From Obrimoposthia wandeli (lineage: Eukaryota): a DNA stretch of 64,000 nt. How positions within the stretch are numbered: position 1 is the first letter of the stretch; every line of letters begins with the position of its first letter. Of this stretch, positions 63,830 to 64,000 are shown piece after piece. The position numbers and the translations under genes are program-made. The stretch lies in the NCBI GenBank assembly GCA_977020255.1, contig CDROCS010005160.1, positions 1 through 64,000 of the forward strand. The letters are read 5' to 3'. The notes beneath the pieces are model-generated. The model had not been told where the DNA came from. It searched no databases and was given only the letters and a program-made list of their open reading frames with translations.

Positions 63830-64000
63830 TCAAGTAGATCTTCGTATGGAGGCCCCAAACACCAGTTCTGTAGCGATAGGGCTTACATAGAGATGTGGTC
63901 TACCTGTTCTATTCTTGTTTAATTGTACGATCTTTCCATCTGTGTGGTTGTGTTCTCGATTTACGATGTGGTACATCGAGAATGTTGCCCTGCACATTGG
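63830..64000 (-). CDS. RING-B copy, C-terminal part only (cut by window end)
   Basis: Matches 12568 onward up to the window edge. Confidence 0.5.
   Translation of the reverse strand, partial: PMCRATFSMYHIVNREHNHTDGKIVQLNKNRTGRPHLYVSPIATELVFGASIRRST

Larger units (their letters stand above)
204..64000. repeat. Tandem macro-array (macrosatellite) of ~48 units: short unit ~1,268 bp, long unit ~2,153 bp; continues beyond window end
   Basis: Identical ORF sets recur every 1,266-1,270 bp (12568, 13835, 15103 ... 62562). One period is 2,153 bp (32270 to 34423). The left edge at ~204 matches the middle of the long-unit spacer (AAATATCTTATTTTAAAATATAAAAGCC, cf. 33233). Confidence 0.97.

Noticed and set aside
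204-64000. CRISPR array, rDNA/5S, spliced-leader or histone gene cluster
   Set aside because: There is no short repeat with unique spacers. I found no 5S/rRNA, tRNA, SL1 (GGTTTAATTACCCAAGTTTGAG) or histone sequence in the unit on either strand.
204-64000. Rolling-circle concatemer of a single 1.27-kb circular DNA or virus
   Set aside because: There is no Rep, capsid or polymerase ORF. Two unit types, phased SNP haplotypes and a defined left junction favour a chromosomal array. It cannot be fully excluded without read data.

Overview
The window is almost entirely one tandem macro-array in AT-rich, probably eukaryotic DNA; the organism cannot be identified from sequence alone. It opens with about 3.7 copies of a 45-bp satellite (1-170). 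The array starts at about 204 and runs off the right end, with about 48 units. There are two unit types: a dominant short unit of about 1,268 bp, and a long unit of about 2,153 bp that carries an extra ~906-bp AT-rich segment. On the minus strand each unit has a 105-aa RING-H2 zinc-finger ORF whose first Zn ligand is Tyr instead of Cys. Just upstream of it is a second, broken RING-H2 paralogue with an in-frame TAA and a 1-nt frameshift, which the ORF track does not show as one gene. On the plus strand there is a coiled-coil-like exon that appears to continue, via short introns, only in the long unit. The short unit looks derived from the long one by a ~906-bp deletion filled with a 20-nt insert copied from ~140 bp upstream, with microhomology at both ends. 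Sequence quality is uneven: the first ~11.4 kb is indel-rich and reads like unpolished long-read sequence. Three patches (~31.3, ~36.1 and ~37.4-38.2 kb) are collinear mosaics of long and short units, most likely consensus artefacts. True copy number and long:short ratio are therefore uncertain. No rRNA, tRNA, CRISPR or recognisable transposase/RT sequence was seen.
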